From an uncultured Gammaproteobacteria bacterium (GTDB lineage: Bacteria; Cyanobacteriota; Vampirovibrionia; 2-02-FULL-35-15): a stretch of DNA of 64,000 nucleotides. Where the stretch lies: assembly GCA_964602915.1 (NCBI GenBank), contig CAZRTB010000003.1, forward strand, positions 75,914 to 139,913, read 5' to 3'. This document shows positions 1 to 9,345 of the stretch, piece after piece. The notes below the pieces were generated by a model. The model made no database searches. It was not told where the DNA came from and worked only from the letters and a program-made list of their open reading frames with translations. The position numbers and the translations under genes were made by a program. The stretch's first letter is position 1. Each line of letters opens with the position of its first letter.

Positions 1-401
1 GTATAAATATCTTCTATTACACCTTTTAAAATAAAGTCTGACAGTGGAAGAGTAATACTTTGAAGATATAAAAATCCTCTTACCTCATACTCACCTTTTT
101 TCTTAATAACTAATAAAAGATTTTGTTTTTTCTCTATTTTTCTTCTAACAAATTCTTGCCAGTTTTTTCCTTCACCTTGAAAGCTATATCTCTCTGGTAA
201 ATTTAGCCTCTGAATTGTTGCAAGATTAGCCCACAACTCAGCAATCTCTTTTACATGATCTTCGCTAGCAGAACATATTTCCAAATCATCAATTTCAAAA
301 TGAACATTATTGCTTATTTCTGCAATTTTTTTTAGATTAGCCATTTCATCACTAGTTTTTGTGATTTGTTCAGTTTTCATTTTTTCACCATTCTCATTCA
401 T
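1..401 (-). CDS. Hypothetical protein, 5' partial at the window edge. The translation (MNENGEKMKTEQITK...LVIKKKGEYEVRGFLYLQ) weakly resembles the N-terminal half of a GNAT acetyltransferase.
   Basis: Open minus-strand frame running off position 1. ATG at 401; an in-frame alternative ATG at 380 has a GGTGA Shine-Dalgarno-like element 5 nt upstream. It is absent from the ORF track because it is truncated. Confidence 0.3.
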   Translation of the reverse strand, partial: MNENGEKMKTEQITKTSDEMANLKKIAEISNNVHFEIDDLEICSASEDHVKEIAELWANLATIQRLNLPERYSFQGEGKNWQEFVRRKIEKKQNLLLVIKKKGEYEVRGFLYLQSITLPLSDFILKGVIEDIY

Positions 402-506
402 TACTTTAAATTTTAATCCTTTTTTTGCTAGCTCTGATTTATTTGAGCTGAATATATAAAGTTAAGACCTTAACCTTTTTGACAGATCTCTATATTAAAT
501 CGATTT

Positions 507-541
507 AATAAAATAAAAAGGCGAGACTTGAAAATCTCGCC
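507..541 (-). terminator. Rho-independent terminator downstream of the peroxiredoxin gene
   Basis: Stem GGCGAGA / TCTCGCC (520-526 and 535-541) with an 8-nt loop, followed on the minus strand by TTTTTATTTTATT. Confidence 0.6.
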
Positions 542-574
542 TTCATAATGAACATTTAACGATTATTTAACCAG

Positions 575-1153
575 TTATTTACCTAGTGTCTTTTCGCCTG
601 GTTTCCAGCCAACTGGACATAATTCGCCAGTTTGAAATGCTGATAAAACTCTTAAGGTTTCATCAACACTTCTTCCTACTTGAAGATCATGAAGTGTAAT
701 TGCTCTTACTTTACCTTCTGGATCAATAATATAGGTACCTCTTAATGAGATTCCTTTTTCTTCAAGAAGCATTCCATAATCTGAGCTGATTTTCTTAGTA
801 ATATCAGATATTAAAGGGAAATTTAATTTTCCTAAACCACCCTGTTCACTCCAACCTTTGTGAGAATAAACACTATCAATACTTCCACCAATCAATTGAG
901 CATTCATCTTTTTGAACTCATCTGATTTTTTATTAAATTCAAGAATTTCTGTAGGACATACAAAAGTAAAATCTAAAGGATAGAAAAATAATACTACCCA
1001 TTTACCTTTATAGTCAGAAAGAGAAATCTCTTTAATTTGACCATCAATATAAGCTGGTGCTTTAAATTGAGGTGCCAATTGACCTACCAATGGTCTGTTT
1101 GTTGAACATGGAACTGCATGAACTCCATTTTTTTCTTGTACTGCTGTAGCCAC
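575..1153 (-). CDS. ahpC: Typical 2-Cys peroxiredoxin (AhpC/TsaA family)
   Basis: Peroxidatic Cys motif FTFVCPTEI and resolving Cys in GELCPVGW near the C-terminus. GTG start with a GGAGG Shine-Dalgarno 5 nt upstream. Confidence 0.85.
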   Translation of the reverse strand: MATAVQEKNGVHAVPCSTNRPLVGQLAPQFKAPAYIDGQIKEISLSDYKGKWVVLFFYPLDFTFVCPTEILEFNKKSDEFKKMNAQLIGGSIDSVYSHKGWSEQGGLGKLNFPLISDITKKISSDYGMLLEEKGISLRGTYIIDPEGKVRAITLHDLQVGRSVDETLRVLSAFQTGELCPVGWKPGEKTLGK

Positions 1154-1313
1154 AAATGCCTCCTTATTTTTATCTTTTTAAAAAGATATTTTAAAACTCA
1201 AAACTGTTCAATTATGATTTTACCTGCATTATAAGGAAATAACATGTCTTACAAATGTATTGGGCAATTGATTATTTGTAAATTATGTATGGTTAACTAA
1301 AGTATTACACTTT

Positions 1314-2402
1314 TTAGTTATTTGAAAATTCTATGCCTAAGCCAGGCTCTAGAGAAGGAATAATTCTATTGTCCGTTAAACTAAGTCCACTAAAGGGATC
1401 AATATCTAAAAGTAAATGACCATCCAGATCAACATAGTCAACAAGTGGAGATAAATGTACCGCAGCTGAAATAGCACATGAAGATTCAATCATACATCCA
1501 AGCATGACTTTCAACTTATAACATCTGGCAAGATTTATAGTTCTAAACGCTTCTATAATACTTCCTGTTTTCATAAGCTTGATATTTATACCATGAGCTT
1601 TAGTAGCAATAAGTTCAACATCATTTCCTACCATACAATCTTCATCTACAAAAATAGGTACTGGTGATTCATCTAAAATTTTTGCAAGATGATTTAAGCT
1701 TCCTTTTTTTAAAGGCTGTTCTAAAAGCTCTACATTATATTCTGGAAGAATTTGTAGAAACCTCTTTGCAGTATCTAGATCCCACCCTCCGTTAGCATCA
1801 ATTCTTAAAAGACATTCATGATCAGCTGTTAGTTGTTTAATGGTATTTAATATCCTTATATCTTCATCATATCCTCTACCAAGTTTAATTTTCAATATTT
1901 TATATCCCTGAGAGATTGCATCTTTAACTTTTTCTTCAATTATCATCAAGTTATCAAGCCCAATAGTAAATGATGTTTGAGGAAGTTTATACCCATTGCC
2001 ATTTCTAATAAAAGGGTCGTCCTGAAAGAAAAACTGATAGAGAGATTTGTTATTTATTTTTCCAACCAAATCCCAAAATGCCATCTCCAATGCAAGTCTA
2101 GCCGACGATGAGAATCCACCCTGGAGCAAATTATATTCATTCAAATCATCACAAAGTTTTTGCACATTCATAATATAGTCTTCAATTGATCTGTGTTTCG
2201 AAAAATTTTGAATGAAATTTATAACGGAGGATTGATCTTCACCATAATATGGCGAAGGTGCAGCTTCACCATATGCAACCATATCATCAAATCTAATAGT
2301 TACTAAAACATTTTTCGCATGTGTCATTGAGCCACGTGAAATAGTGAATGGGTATTTTAATTTTAGATTTAAAGGTCTTGCTGATAAATTCAATTTAGAC
2401 AT
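1314..2402 (-). CDS. Enolase-superfamily dipeptide epimerase (L-Ala-D/L-Glu epimerase-like, MR/MLE family)
   Basis: KIKLG...RIDANGGW...DEDC motifs typical of the mandelate racemase / muconate lactonizing enzyme (MR/MLE) family. 13-nt overlap with the upstream DUF1611 gene suggests co-transcription. Confidence 0.7.
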   Translation of the reverse strand: MSKLNLSARPLNLKLKYPFTISRGSMTHAKNVLVTIRFDDMVAYGEAAPSPYYGEDQSSVINFIQNFSKHRSIEDYIMNVQKLCDDLNEYNLLQGGFSSSARLALEMAFWDLVGKINNKSLYQFFFQDDPFIRNGNGYKLPQTSFTIGLDNLMIIEEKVKDAISQGYKILKIKLGRGYDEDIRILNTIKQLTADHECLLRIDANGGWDLDTAKRFLQILPEYNVELLEQPLKKGSLNHLAKILDESPVPIFVDEDCMVGNDVELIATKAHGINIKLMKTGSIIEAFRTINLARCYKLKVMLGCMIESSCAISAAVHLSPLVDYVDLDGHLLLDIDPFSGLSLTDNRIIPSLEPGLGIEFSNN

Positions 2403-3433
2403 GCTTTAAACAACTTCTCCCCACCAAAACGAATTACATCATCTGCTGGCAAACCTGTTTCATCTTCAGCCTTCTTAATCTCATCAAGAGCTAAAGATTC
2501 AGTTAAACCAAAGGTATTTAATCCTACACCAACTACTTTTGCTTTTCTAATTGGCAAGGATAAATCTTCATAAACTTTAATAAACTGGTTAAGAGACTCA
2601 ATCTTAACTTTTGTATTTTTAATAAAATCTCTTTTAGCCTTATGACACAAAATTAATTTACCAGGAAGACAGCCATGCAAAAGGGAAAGTGTAACTCCAG
2701 ACCAGCCTGGATGAAGGATAGAACCCTGTCCTTCGACAAAAGCGATATCATAACCTTCTTTAGCAGACTTTACAACTTCCTCCTCAACAGCTCCTGCCAT
2801 AAAATCTGCCACAATAGCATCTAAAGGAATGCCTTCTCCTGAAATCATCATCCCTGTTTGACCTGTTGCTATAAATTTTGCATTTTCCCCGGCTTTCTTT
2901 GCTGATTTTGTAAGCTCTAAAGATACCGTCATCTTACCTATAGCACCATCAGTACCAACTGTTAAAACAACATTCATAGGATAATCTAAGATTTTAGTAT
3001 TAGCTATTTCAAATTTTCTTTCTGATTTTCTAACATCCCAAATAAAAACATTTTTTTCTTTTGCAAAATTATTTATTTCAGAGATATCAGCTAAAAAGTC
3101 ATGAAGTCCATTTACAATATTTATTTTTAAATTAATAGCTTTTTTTATATCCGGGATCCACTCTGGGGGGAACGATCCACCTGAAACTGCAATTCCTATT
3201 AATAGGATGTCAGCAGATGGATTATGTTGTTTAGCTGATTCTATAGAATCATATATATTTACTGGCGGTAAATCATTATAAACATCATTTGCTTTTTTAC
3301 CAGCAAGATTTTTATCCACGATAGCAACTGTTTCTGCTAATCCGTATCTTATAAAACCAATACCAGTCTTTGCATTTTCACCACCAAAAGCAGACTGAGC
3401 ATATACTATTACTTTGTTTTTTTTCGTTATCAT
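2390..3433 (-). CDS. DUF1611-family protein, the usual operon partner of dipeptide epimerases
   Basis: About 350 aa with a Rossmann-like N-terminus; translationally coupled to the epimerase gene. Confidence 0.45.
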   Translation of the reverse strand: MITKKNKVIVYAQSAFGGENAKTGIGFIRYGLAETVAIVDKNLAGKKANDVYNDLPPVNIYDSIESAKQHNPSADILLIGIAVSGGSFPPEWIPDIKKAINLKINIVNGLHDFLADISEINNFAKEKNVFIWDVRKSERKFEIANTKILDYPMNVVLTVGTDGAIGKMTVSLELTKSAKKAGENAKFIATGQTGMMISGEGIPLDAIVADFMAGAVEEEVVKSAKEGYDIAFVEGQGSILHPGWSGVTLSLLHGCLPGKLILCHKAKRDFIKNTKVKIESLNQFIKVYEDLSLPIRKAKVVGVGLNTFGLTESLALDEIKKAEDETGLPADDVIRFGGEKLFKACLN

Positions 3434-3442
3434 TTACCCAGA

Positions 3443-5557
3443 TCAAGAAATTATTTTTATAAATCTTTCAATTAAATCACTATCCCATTGCTTACCTGCA
3501 CCAGATTTTAATCTTTCTACCGCTTCCTCCTGTGGAAGAGTTGCTCTATATGGTCTATTACTTGTCATTGCCTGGTATGCATCAACAATACTTACAATAC
3601 GAGCACCAATAGGAATATCATCTCCTTTTAATCCATGCGGATAACCTGACCCATCAATATATTCATGATGATATAAAACCAAATTAGCGACTTCTTCAAG
3701 AGGCTTAATAGGTTTCAAAATCCTGGCACCAATTACAGGATGTTTTTTCATAATTTCATACTCTTCAGCAGTTAGTTTAGATGGTTTGCATAAAATACTT
3801 TCAGGGATTCCAATCTTCCCTATATCATGCATAGCCGCGGCTAACCTTACCCATTCTATTTCCTGAAGTCCTAGACCTAAATCCTTTGCAAGCATATATG
3901 CATACTCTGAAACTCTTCTACTATGCCCCTCAGTATATGAATCTTTCGCATCGAGAGCTAATGCCAGACTCTGAACGGAATCAAGGATATCTGCACTATA
4001 AACACTTTTTTGATTTTTCAAATGGTTACTAATGTTTTCTATTATTTCAGGGCCTGTTTTAAGACTTGTTCTTTTAAGAATTATTTCTGGAATAGCGCTT
4101 GAAACAAGCTGTTGCCAGCGGTCTTTAGACTGCCCCTGTATTTCATCAACTCCTGAAACTTGGAATTTCCCACGTGACTTAGATAAAATCATTCCTTGCT
4201 CAAGAAAAGTTAATAGCTCTGACAATGTATTTGCATGCGTAGGATAAGTAACAAAAGAAAAATTGTAATCAACAGTTCCAACACCTAAAACAGTAAGATT
4301 TGAAAGCTTTTCTTTTAATGATTCTGCTTCTACTCTTGCTAGAGTCTGATCAACACCTTTCATTAAAATAACAAACTCATCTCCCGAATATCTGGCAACA
4401 TGAAATCTCTCTCCATATATTCTGTTTAAAAATCGTGATGTGTGAGATAAAACTAGATTTCCTGCAACAAATCCTAAATTTAGATTTATTTCTTTTAACT
4501 TTTCAATGTCTACCATTATCAAGCTAAATGGCTGAGATTTAATATTTGATTCAATCTCATAGTGTCCTAATTCTCTTAGAAAATCATCTGTAGTTAAAGT
4601 ATTATAAAGCAAAGAATCTTTAAGTTCTAAATCTCTTTTCCTTTCAAGATCTTTCCCAATAGAAACTCCAAGAATAAATGCAATCTGTCTAATATAATTC
4701 TTCTCCAAAAGATTTAAATCTCTGGAATAATCACATTGATGCAGGGTTATTACACCAATCGTATTGTTCTTATAAGTTATAGGAAATCCATAAAATGATC
4801 TAATTGACAGAAGGAGTTCTATATTGTTCTTTTGAATATTGTTTTCTAAATAGTACTCTGACTGGTCCCCATTAAATATTTCAGACAACCACTCTGACTC
4901 ACACTCTGGAACTACTGAAATAGAACCTAAGTAAGGATTCAATACAGCCTCAAAGCTCAACTCATTATCATATTCTTTTAATTTTTTTGTTGTGAAAAAT
5001 TTTATTACAGTACGTGTAGATTGAATTAGTCCGGAGACTTCATTACAAACACTAGAAATCTGATTTTTAATATCTAAATCTGAAGAAACTATCTTTTGAA
5101 TCTTTTTTATGCTTACTTCATAAGTCAGATTTTTTTTATTTTGATGATATTCAGAACCAATACAAAGAGCCTTATCAACTAGTGAAAGAATAGTTTTAGC
5201 CTTTTCAAGATCTATATTTTCAGGAGTTTTACTTGATTTGGCAAAGATAAAACCGTATGATGATGATATTCCATAAAACATATCATCCATCCAGAATTTA
5301 TTTTCATCAATACCATTGTCAAGCATAGAGATTCTACTATACAAAGAATCATCTATAGATAAAGTGGGTTCTTTTGAAATAACAGTATTGTTTTGAGCTC
5401 TTAGTTTAAGATAAACGAATTCACAAGATAAATATTGCCTTAGTAAATTTGTTATTTTTTGTAACCACAATTTATCCTGATCAGCTTCAATAAGCAAAGA
5501 GGTCAACTCTAAGAAAATTGAATCTGCCAGTTTTACATCAAGCAATTTCTGACTCAT
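3443..5557 (-). CDS. Cyclic-di-GMP signalling protein: N-terminal sensor region, GGDEF-type domain (variant SGDEF), and a C-terminal HD-GYP phosphodiesterase domain
   Basis: RYSGDEFVILM (GGDEF-like), HDIGKIGIPESIL and HHEYIDGSGYPHGLKG (HD-GYP signature). Confidence 0.8.
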   Translation of the reverse strand: MSQKLLDVKLADSIFLELTSLLIEADQDKLWLQKITNLLRQYLSCEFVYLKLRAQNNTVISKEPTLSIDDSLYSRISMLDNGIDENKFWMDDMFYGISSSYGFIFAKSSKTPENIDLEKAKTILSLVDKALCIGSEYHQNKKNLTYEVSIKKIQKIVSSDLDIKNQISSVCNEVSGLIQSTRTVIKFFTTKKLKEYDNELSFEAVLNPYLGSISVVPECESEWLSEIFNGDQSEYYLENNIQKNNIELLLSIRSFYGFPITYKNNTIGVITLHQCDYSRDLNLLEKNYIRQIAFILGVSIGKDLERKRDLELKDSLLYNTLTTDDFLRELGHYEIESNIKSQPFSLIMVDIEKLKEINLNLGFVAGNLVLSHTSRFLNRIYGERFHVARYSGDEFVILMKGVDQTLARVEAESLKEKLSNLTVLGVGTVDYNFSFVTYPTHANTLSELLTFLEQGMILSKSRGKFQVSGVDEIQGQSKDRWQQLVSSAIPEIILKRTSLKTGPEIIENISNHLKNQKSVYSADILDSVQSLALALDAKDSYTEGHSRRVSEYAYMLAKDLGLGLQEIEWVRLAAAMHDIGKIGIPESILCKPSKLTAEEYEIMKKHPVIGARILKPIKPLEEVANLVLYHHEYIDGSGYPHGLKGDDIPIGARIVSIVDAYQAMTSNRPYRATLPQEEAVERLKSGAGKQWDSDLIERFIKIIS

Positions 5558-5751
5558 TTAATACATTCTAACATTAGAAGAGTGTGCCAATAAATCAATA
5601 ATCAAACTATTTACGTCATTGCGAGAAGTAATTTTATTGCGACGAAGCATATCTCACAATCATTAAATTGATTATTAGCTAGATTGCCACGCCTCACTTG
5701 GTTCTGCTCGCAATGACATTATTCAAAAGATTAACCTGCTTAATATAGACT

Positions 5752-6798
5752 TTAAAGATCTACTTTAACCTGAGATTTAGGACCTTCCCAATAATTATTG
5801 TTAAAACCATTTTTAGGTTCAGTAACTTCAAACATCCTTGTAATTGTCTGAGCCGCTCTATTAAAGATTCGATCGTCTACTTCTATTTTATTTACTTCTT
5901 GTTTAAGTGCAGAAATTACGGATTCTAACTTATGATATTTCATATTTGGGCAAAGAGGTAATGGAAAGGTAGTAACAATTGTTTTATGCTTCATATCTCT
6001 CTGCATTCTGGCTACAAGTCCTTGCTCTGAAAGGATAATAAATTGTTGTTTTTCATGATTTGAAACATACTTATATATCTGTGATGTACTTCCTACAAAA
6101 TCTGCAAGCCTCCATACTTCCGGATCACATTCTGGATGAGCAACAACAACTGCTGATGGATATTTTTCTCTCATGACAAAAACATCTTTTGGAGTAATCT
6201 GATAATGTGTTGGGCAAAAACCATCATAAATATGTAATTTCTTTTCTGGAATTTGCTCCTGAACCCAAACCCCTAGCCCTTTATCCGGAACAAAAATAAC
6301 TTCTTTTTCAGATAGAGATTTCACTACTTGCACTGCATTTGTACTGGTACAACATATATCAGATTCAGCTTTTACATCTGCACTAGAGTTAACATAGCAA
6401 ACAACTGGAGCCCCTGGATGTTCAGCTTTAAAAGCTCTTAAATCATCAATGGATATCATGTCTGCCATCGGACATCCAGATTGTAAGTCAGGCAATAAAA
6501 CAGTTTTTTTGGGATTCAAAAGTTTCGCAGTTTCAGCCATAAAATGTACACCACAAAAAATAATAAAATCTGCAGAAGTTTTAGCCGCAAAACGTGAAAG
6601 CGCTAAACTATCACCTACTTGATCAGCGATATCCTGAACTTCCAATCTTTGATAAATATGAGTTATTATTACTGCATTTTTCTTTATAGTTAAATCTTTA
6701 ATTTCTTGCTTTAATTCTTCAATATTTCTTTCAGGGGTATGATTTCCATTCCCATTTAAATTAGGTTTTATCTCTCTTTGTACAATGTGTAATATCAT
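5752..6798 (-). CDS. nadA: Quinolinate synthase A
   Basis: FCGVHFMAETAK and other NadA motifs. Last gene of the nadC-nadB-nadA cluster. Confidence 0.9.
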   Translation of the reverse strand: MILHIVQREIKPNLNGNGNHTPERNIEELKQEIKDLTIKKNAVIITHIYQRLEVQDIADQVGDSLALSRFAAKTSADFIIFCGVHFMAETAKLLNPKKTVLLPDLQSGCPMADMISIDDLRAFKAEHPGAPVVCYVNSSADVKAESDICCTSTNAVQVVKSLSEKEVIFVPDKGLGVWVQEQIPEKKLHIYDGFCPTHYQITPKDVFVMREKYPSAVVVAHPECDPEVWRLADFVGSTSQIYKYVSNHEKQQFIILSEQGLVARMQRDMKHKTIVTTFPLPLCPNMKYHKLESVISALKQEVNKIEVDDRIFNRAAQTITRMFEVTEPKNGFNNNYWEGPKSQVKVDL

Positions 6799-6828
6799 AA
6801 TCGTAAAGCTTTTTAATATTATAGAGCT

Positions 6829-8448
6829 TTATTTAGAAAATGATACTAGGTTCTTTGTACTTATAGTTTCTTGCCAAAGGAATTCTTCTCCTGGCTTAAA
6901 AATTGTATGCATTGGTTTTTTAGGTTTATCTGAGTAGTCTTCCCTATAATGAACACCTAAGGATTCTTTCCTATTTAGCGCTGATTTGGTAATTAGTACA
7001 GATAAATAGATCATATTTTTCAATTCTTGGACTTTATAGTCAATCGATAATTTATCAATATTATAAGCTTCATTCATTTTATTAAGATAGATAAGATGAT
7101 TCTCTAAATCTTTCCCATTTCTTACAAGTCCAAGTATTGCAGAATTATTTTTCTTAAGATTTAACAAATCATCACTTATTTTATTTTCACTATAATTTGT
7201 TTTATCAAAATTATCAGAAAGAACATAATCAAGGGCATTCATCTGTTCTTCTTTTATAAGAGCATTTACAAGGAAATATGGAACGACTATACACTCTAGA
7301 AGTGAGTTACTGGCAAGCCTGTTGGCTCCATGGAATCCATTCGAACCAGCCTCTCCAACAACCCATAGATTTTTCACACAAGTTCTTCCATTAACATCAC
7401 ACTTCACTCCACCAATAAAATAATGAGCAGAAGGCCTTACTGGAATGCCCTTACCAAAAATATCTAACTTTCTTTGAATACAAGAATCATATACAGTAGG
7501 AAATCTTTCTTTAAAATATTTTTCATCAAAATTACTGAGGTCTAAATAAACAAAATCCGAATTCGTATTTTTCATCTCCTGCACAATTGCCCTGGATAAG
7601 ACATCTCTAGGTGCAAGCTCTCCAGCAGGATGGTATTTTAATGCAAAAAACTCTCCATTAATATTTTTCAGCTTTGCTCCTTCACCTCGAATAGCTTCAG
7701 TTATTAAAAAAGGATCATGAATTTTATCTATGAGTACGGTGGGATGAAATTGAATCATTTCAAGATCCTGCAGATTTGCACCTGCTTTATAAGCCATAAC
7801 AACTCCATCACCCGAAGAAACACGTGGATTTGTAGTATATTCAAATATTTGTCCGATACCACCCGTAGCAACAATCACATGCTCAGAAAGCAAAATATAT
7901 TTATCCTTAGTAATATCTTCTACTATTACTCCACAAGCATTACCATTTTTATTTTTTAGAATTGACAGAACAACTGTTCCTTGAGATATTGAAATATTCT
8001 GATCTCTACAAGCTTTATCTATTAATATTTTTGTAATATGTCTCCCTGAAGCATCTCCACCCACATGACACACTCTGGCAAATGAATGCGCCGCTTCTTT
8101 TGTTAAGTGTGGATTATTAGATTCATCCAGGTCAAACTTCACACCATAAGATAAAAGTTTTTCATAAGCAGTATTAGAATATAAAATAATTTCTCTGGAT
8201 AGACTTTCATCATTTAAAAAACATCCTGCCTCTAGTGTATCTTCTAAATGCTTTTCTACGCTGTCAGACTTATCTAAGGGTATAGCAATACCGCCTTGAG
8301 CATAAGTACTAGAACCTTCAGTTACCGCTTCTTTGGATAAAACAAGCACATTCTTATTTGCTTTAGATAATTCAAGGGCACAAATAAGCCCACTTATACC
8401 AGAACCAATAATGATTGCAGAATACTTTCCTTTTACGTCAAAATGCAT
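6829..8448 (-). CDS. nadB: L-aspartate oxidase
   Basis: N-terminal FAD dinucleotide-binding motif IIGSGISGL and succinate dehydrogenase/fumarate reductase flavoprotein-like architecture, in nad gene context. Confidence 0.9.
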   Translation of the reverse strand: MHFDVKGKYSAIIIGSGISGLICALELSKANKNVLVLSKEAVTEGSSTYAQGGIAIPLDKSDSVEKHLEDTLEAGCFLNDESLSREIILYSNTAYEKLLSYGVKFDLDESNNPHLTKEAAHSFARVCHVGGDASGRHITKILIDKACRDQNISISQGTVVLSILKNKNGNACGVIVEDITKDKYILLSEHVIVATGGIGQIFEYTTNPRVSSGDGVVMAYKAGANLQDLEMIQFHPTVLIDKIHDPFLITEAIRGEGAKLKNINGEFFALKYHPAGELAPRDVLSRAIVQEMKNTNSDFVYLDLSNFDEKYFKERFPTVYDSCIQRKLDIFGKGIPVRPSAHYFIGGVKCDVNGRTCVKNLWVVGEAGSNGFHGANRLASNSLLECIVVPYFLVNALIKEEQMNALDYVLSDNFDKTNYSENKISDDLLNLKKNNSAILGLVRNGKDLENHLIYLNKMNEAYNIDKLSIDYKVQELKNMIYLSVLITKSALNRKESLGVHYREDYSDKPKKPMHTIFKPGEEFLWQETISTKNLVSFSK

Positions 8449-8511
8449 GTTTATAATATATCAAATTTGGCACTACAAACACAAATACTGATCATATTTT
8501 AAAGACCAGGA

Positions 8512-9345
8512 TCAATTATCAGCTTCTAAAGAAAAATCAACCCATTTTGAATTCTTAAACATGTAACTTGTTGAAATATAATTTACACCTGTATCAGCAT
8601 AAGATTTAATATTTTTTAGATTTATCTGACCACTTGCTTCTGTTTTAATTTTTCCCGGAACCAGTACCAAAGCTTTCTTTAAATCTTTAGAACTCCAATT
8701 ATCAAACATAATAACATCTGGATTCAATCCTACAGCTTCTTTTAATTGGCTAATATCCTCTACTTCAACTTCTATTTTTATTTTTTTTGAAAGTCTCTTT
8801 CTTATTTTTTGAATTGCTGATTGAATTCCACCAGCCTGTGCAATATGATTGTCCTTAATTAAAATCGCATCTGAAAGATTCATACGGTGATTCTTTCCAC
8901 CACCACAAACAACTGCATATTTCTCCAAGAATCTAAGCCCTGGAGTAGTTTTTCTTGTATCTAACAAAATAGCTTTTGTTTTTCTAATTAAACCGGTAAG
9001 TTCGTTTGTAAGCGTAGCTATTCCTGACATATGAGAAATAAAGTTTATTGCTGTGCGCTCTGCTCTTAATATAGATACTGTTTTTCCTCTTACTATAGCT
9101 ATTACAGAATTCTTTTTAGCATACCTACCATCTCTCATCTTCAAATTAACAGTTAAGGATTTATCTACAGCATTAAAAACTTTAGAGAATATTTCAGCAC
9201 CAGAGATAACAGCATTTTCTTTTAAAATTAATTTAAATTTAGACTTATGATTAGCAGAAAAAATACTGTCAGAAGTTATATCTCCCTTTTTTTCTATATC
9301 TTCTTCTAATGCTAATTTAATTATTTTATTAACAGAATTTTCCAT
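8512..9345 (-). CDS. nadC: Nicotinate-nucleotide (quinolinate) pyrophosphorylase
   Basis: Quinolinate phosphoribosyltransferase (QPRTase) fold motifs; first gene of the nad cluster. Confidence 0.85.
   Translation of the reverse strand: MENSVNKIIKLALEEDIEKKGDITSDSIFSANHKSKFKLILKENAVISGAEIFSKVFNAVDKSLTVNLKMRDGRYAKKNSVIAIVRGKTVSILRAERTAINFISHMSGIATLTNELTGLIRKTKAILLDTRKTTPGLRFLEKYAVVCGGGKNHRMNLSDAILIKDNHIAQAGGIQSAIQKIRKRLSKKIKIEVEVEDISQLKEAVGLNPDVIMFDNWSSKDLKKALVLVPGKIKTEASGQINLKNIKSYADTGVNYISTSYMFKNSKWVDFSLEADN

Noticed and set aside
1154-1313. Possible PerR/OxyR-type operator upstream of the peroxiredoxin (TTACAAAT...ATTTGTAA, 8-bp inverted repeat with a 17-nt spacer)
   Set aside because: Short AT-only arms of this kind occur by chance in 33% GC DNA and do not match the PerR (TTATAATnATTATAA) or OxyR consensus well.
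3414-3644. Short antisense or overlapping ORFs in the track: 3414..3644, 4032..4247, 7717..7959, 9053..9250, 10191..10445, 14689..14964, 15237..15428, 15919..16125, 16177..16536, 16533..16760, 16909..17121, 20213..20494, 20734..20949, 27943..28335, 28892..29219, 30741..31076, 33910..34101, 35507..35692, 36305..36538, 40794..41072, 42851..43036, 45366..45746, 48111..48380, 49552..50352, 52872..53242, 55054..55242, 55629..55892, 56163..56378, 58509..58856, 59077..59286, 59559..60125, 60616..60933, 61662..62095, 63097..63666, and others
   Set aside because: Each lies entirely inside, and mostly antisense to, a longer ORF with clear homology-type motifs. They show low-complexity, biased translations and no ribosome-binding site. 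They are treated as frame artefacts of AT-rich DNA.
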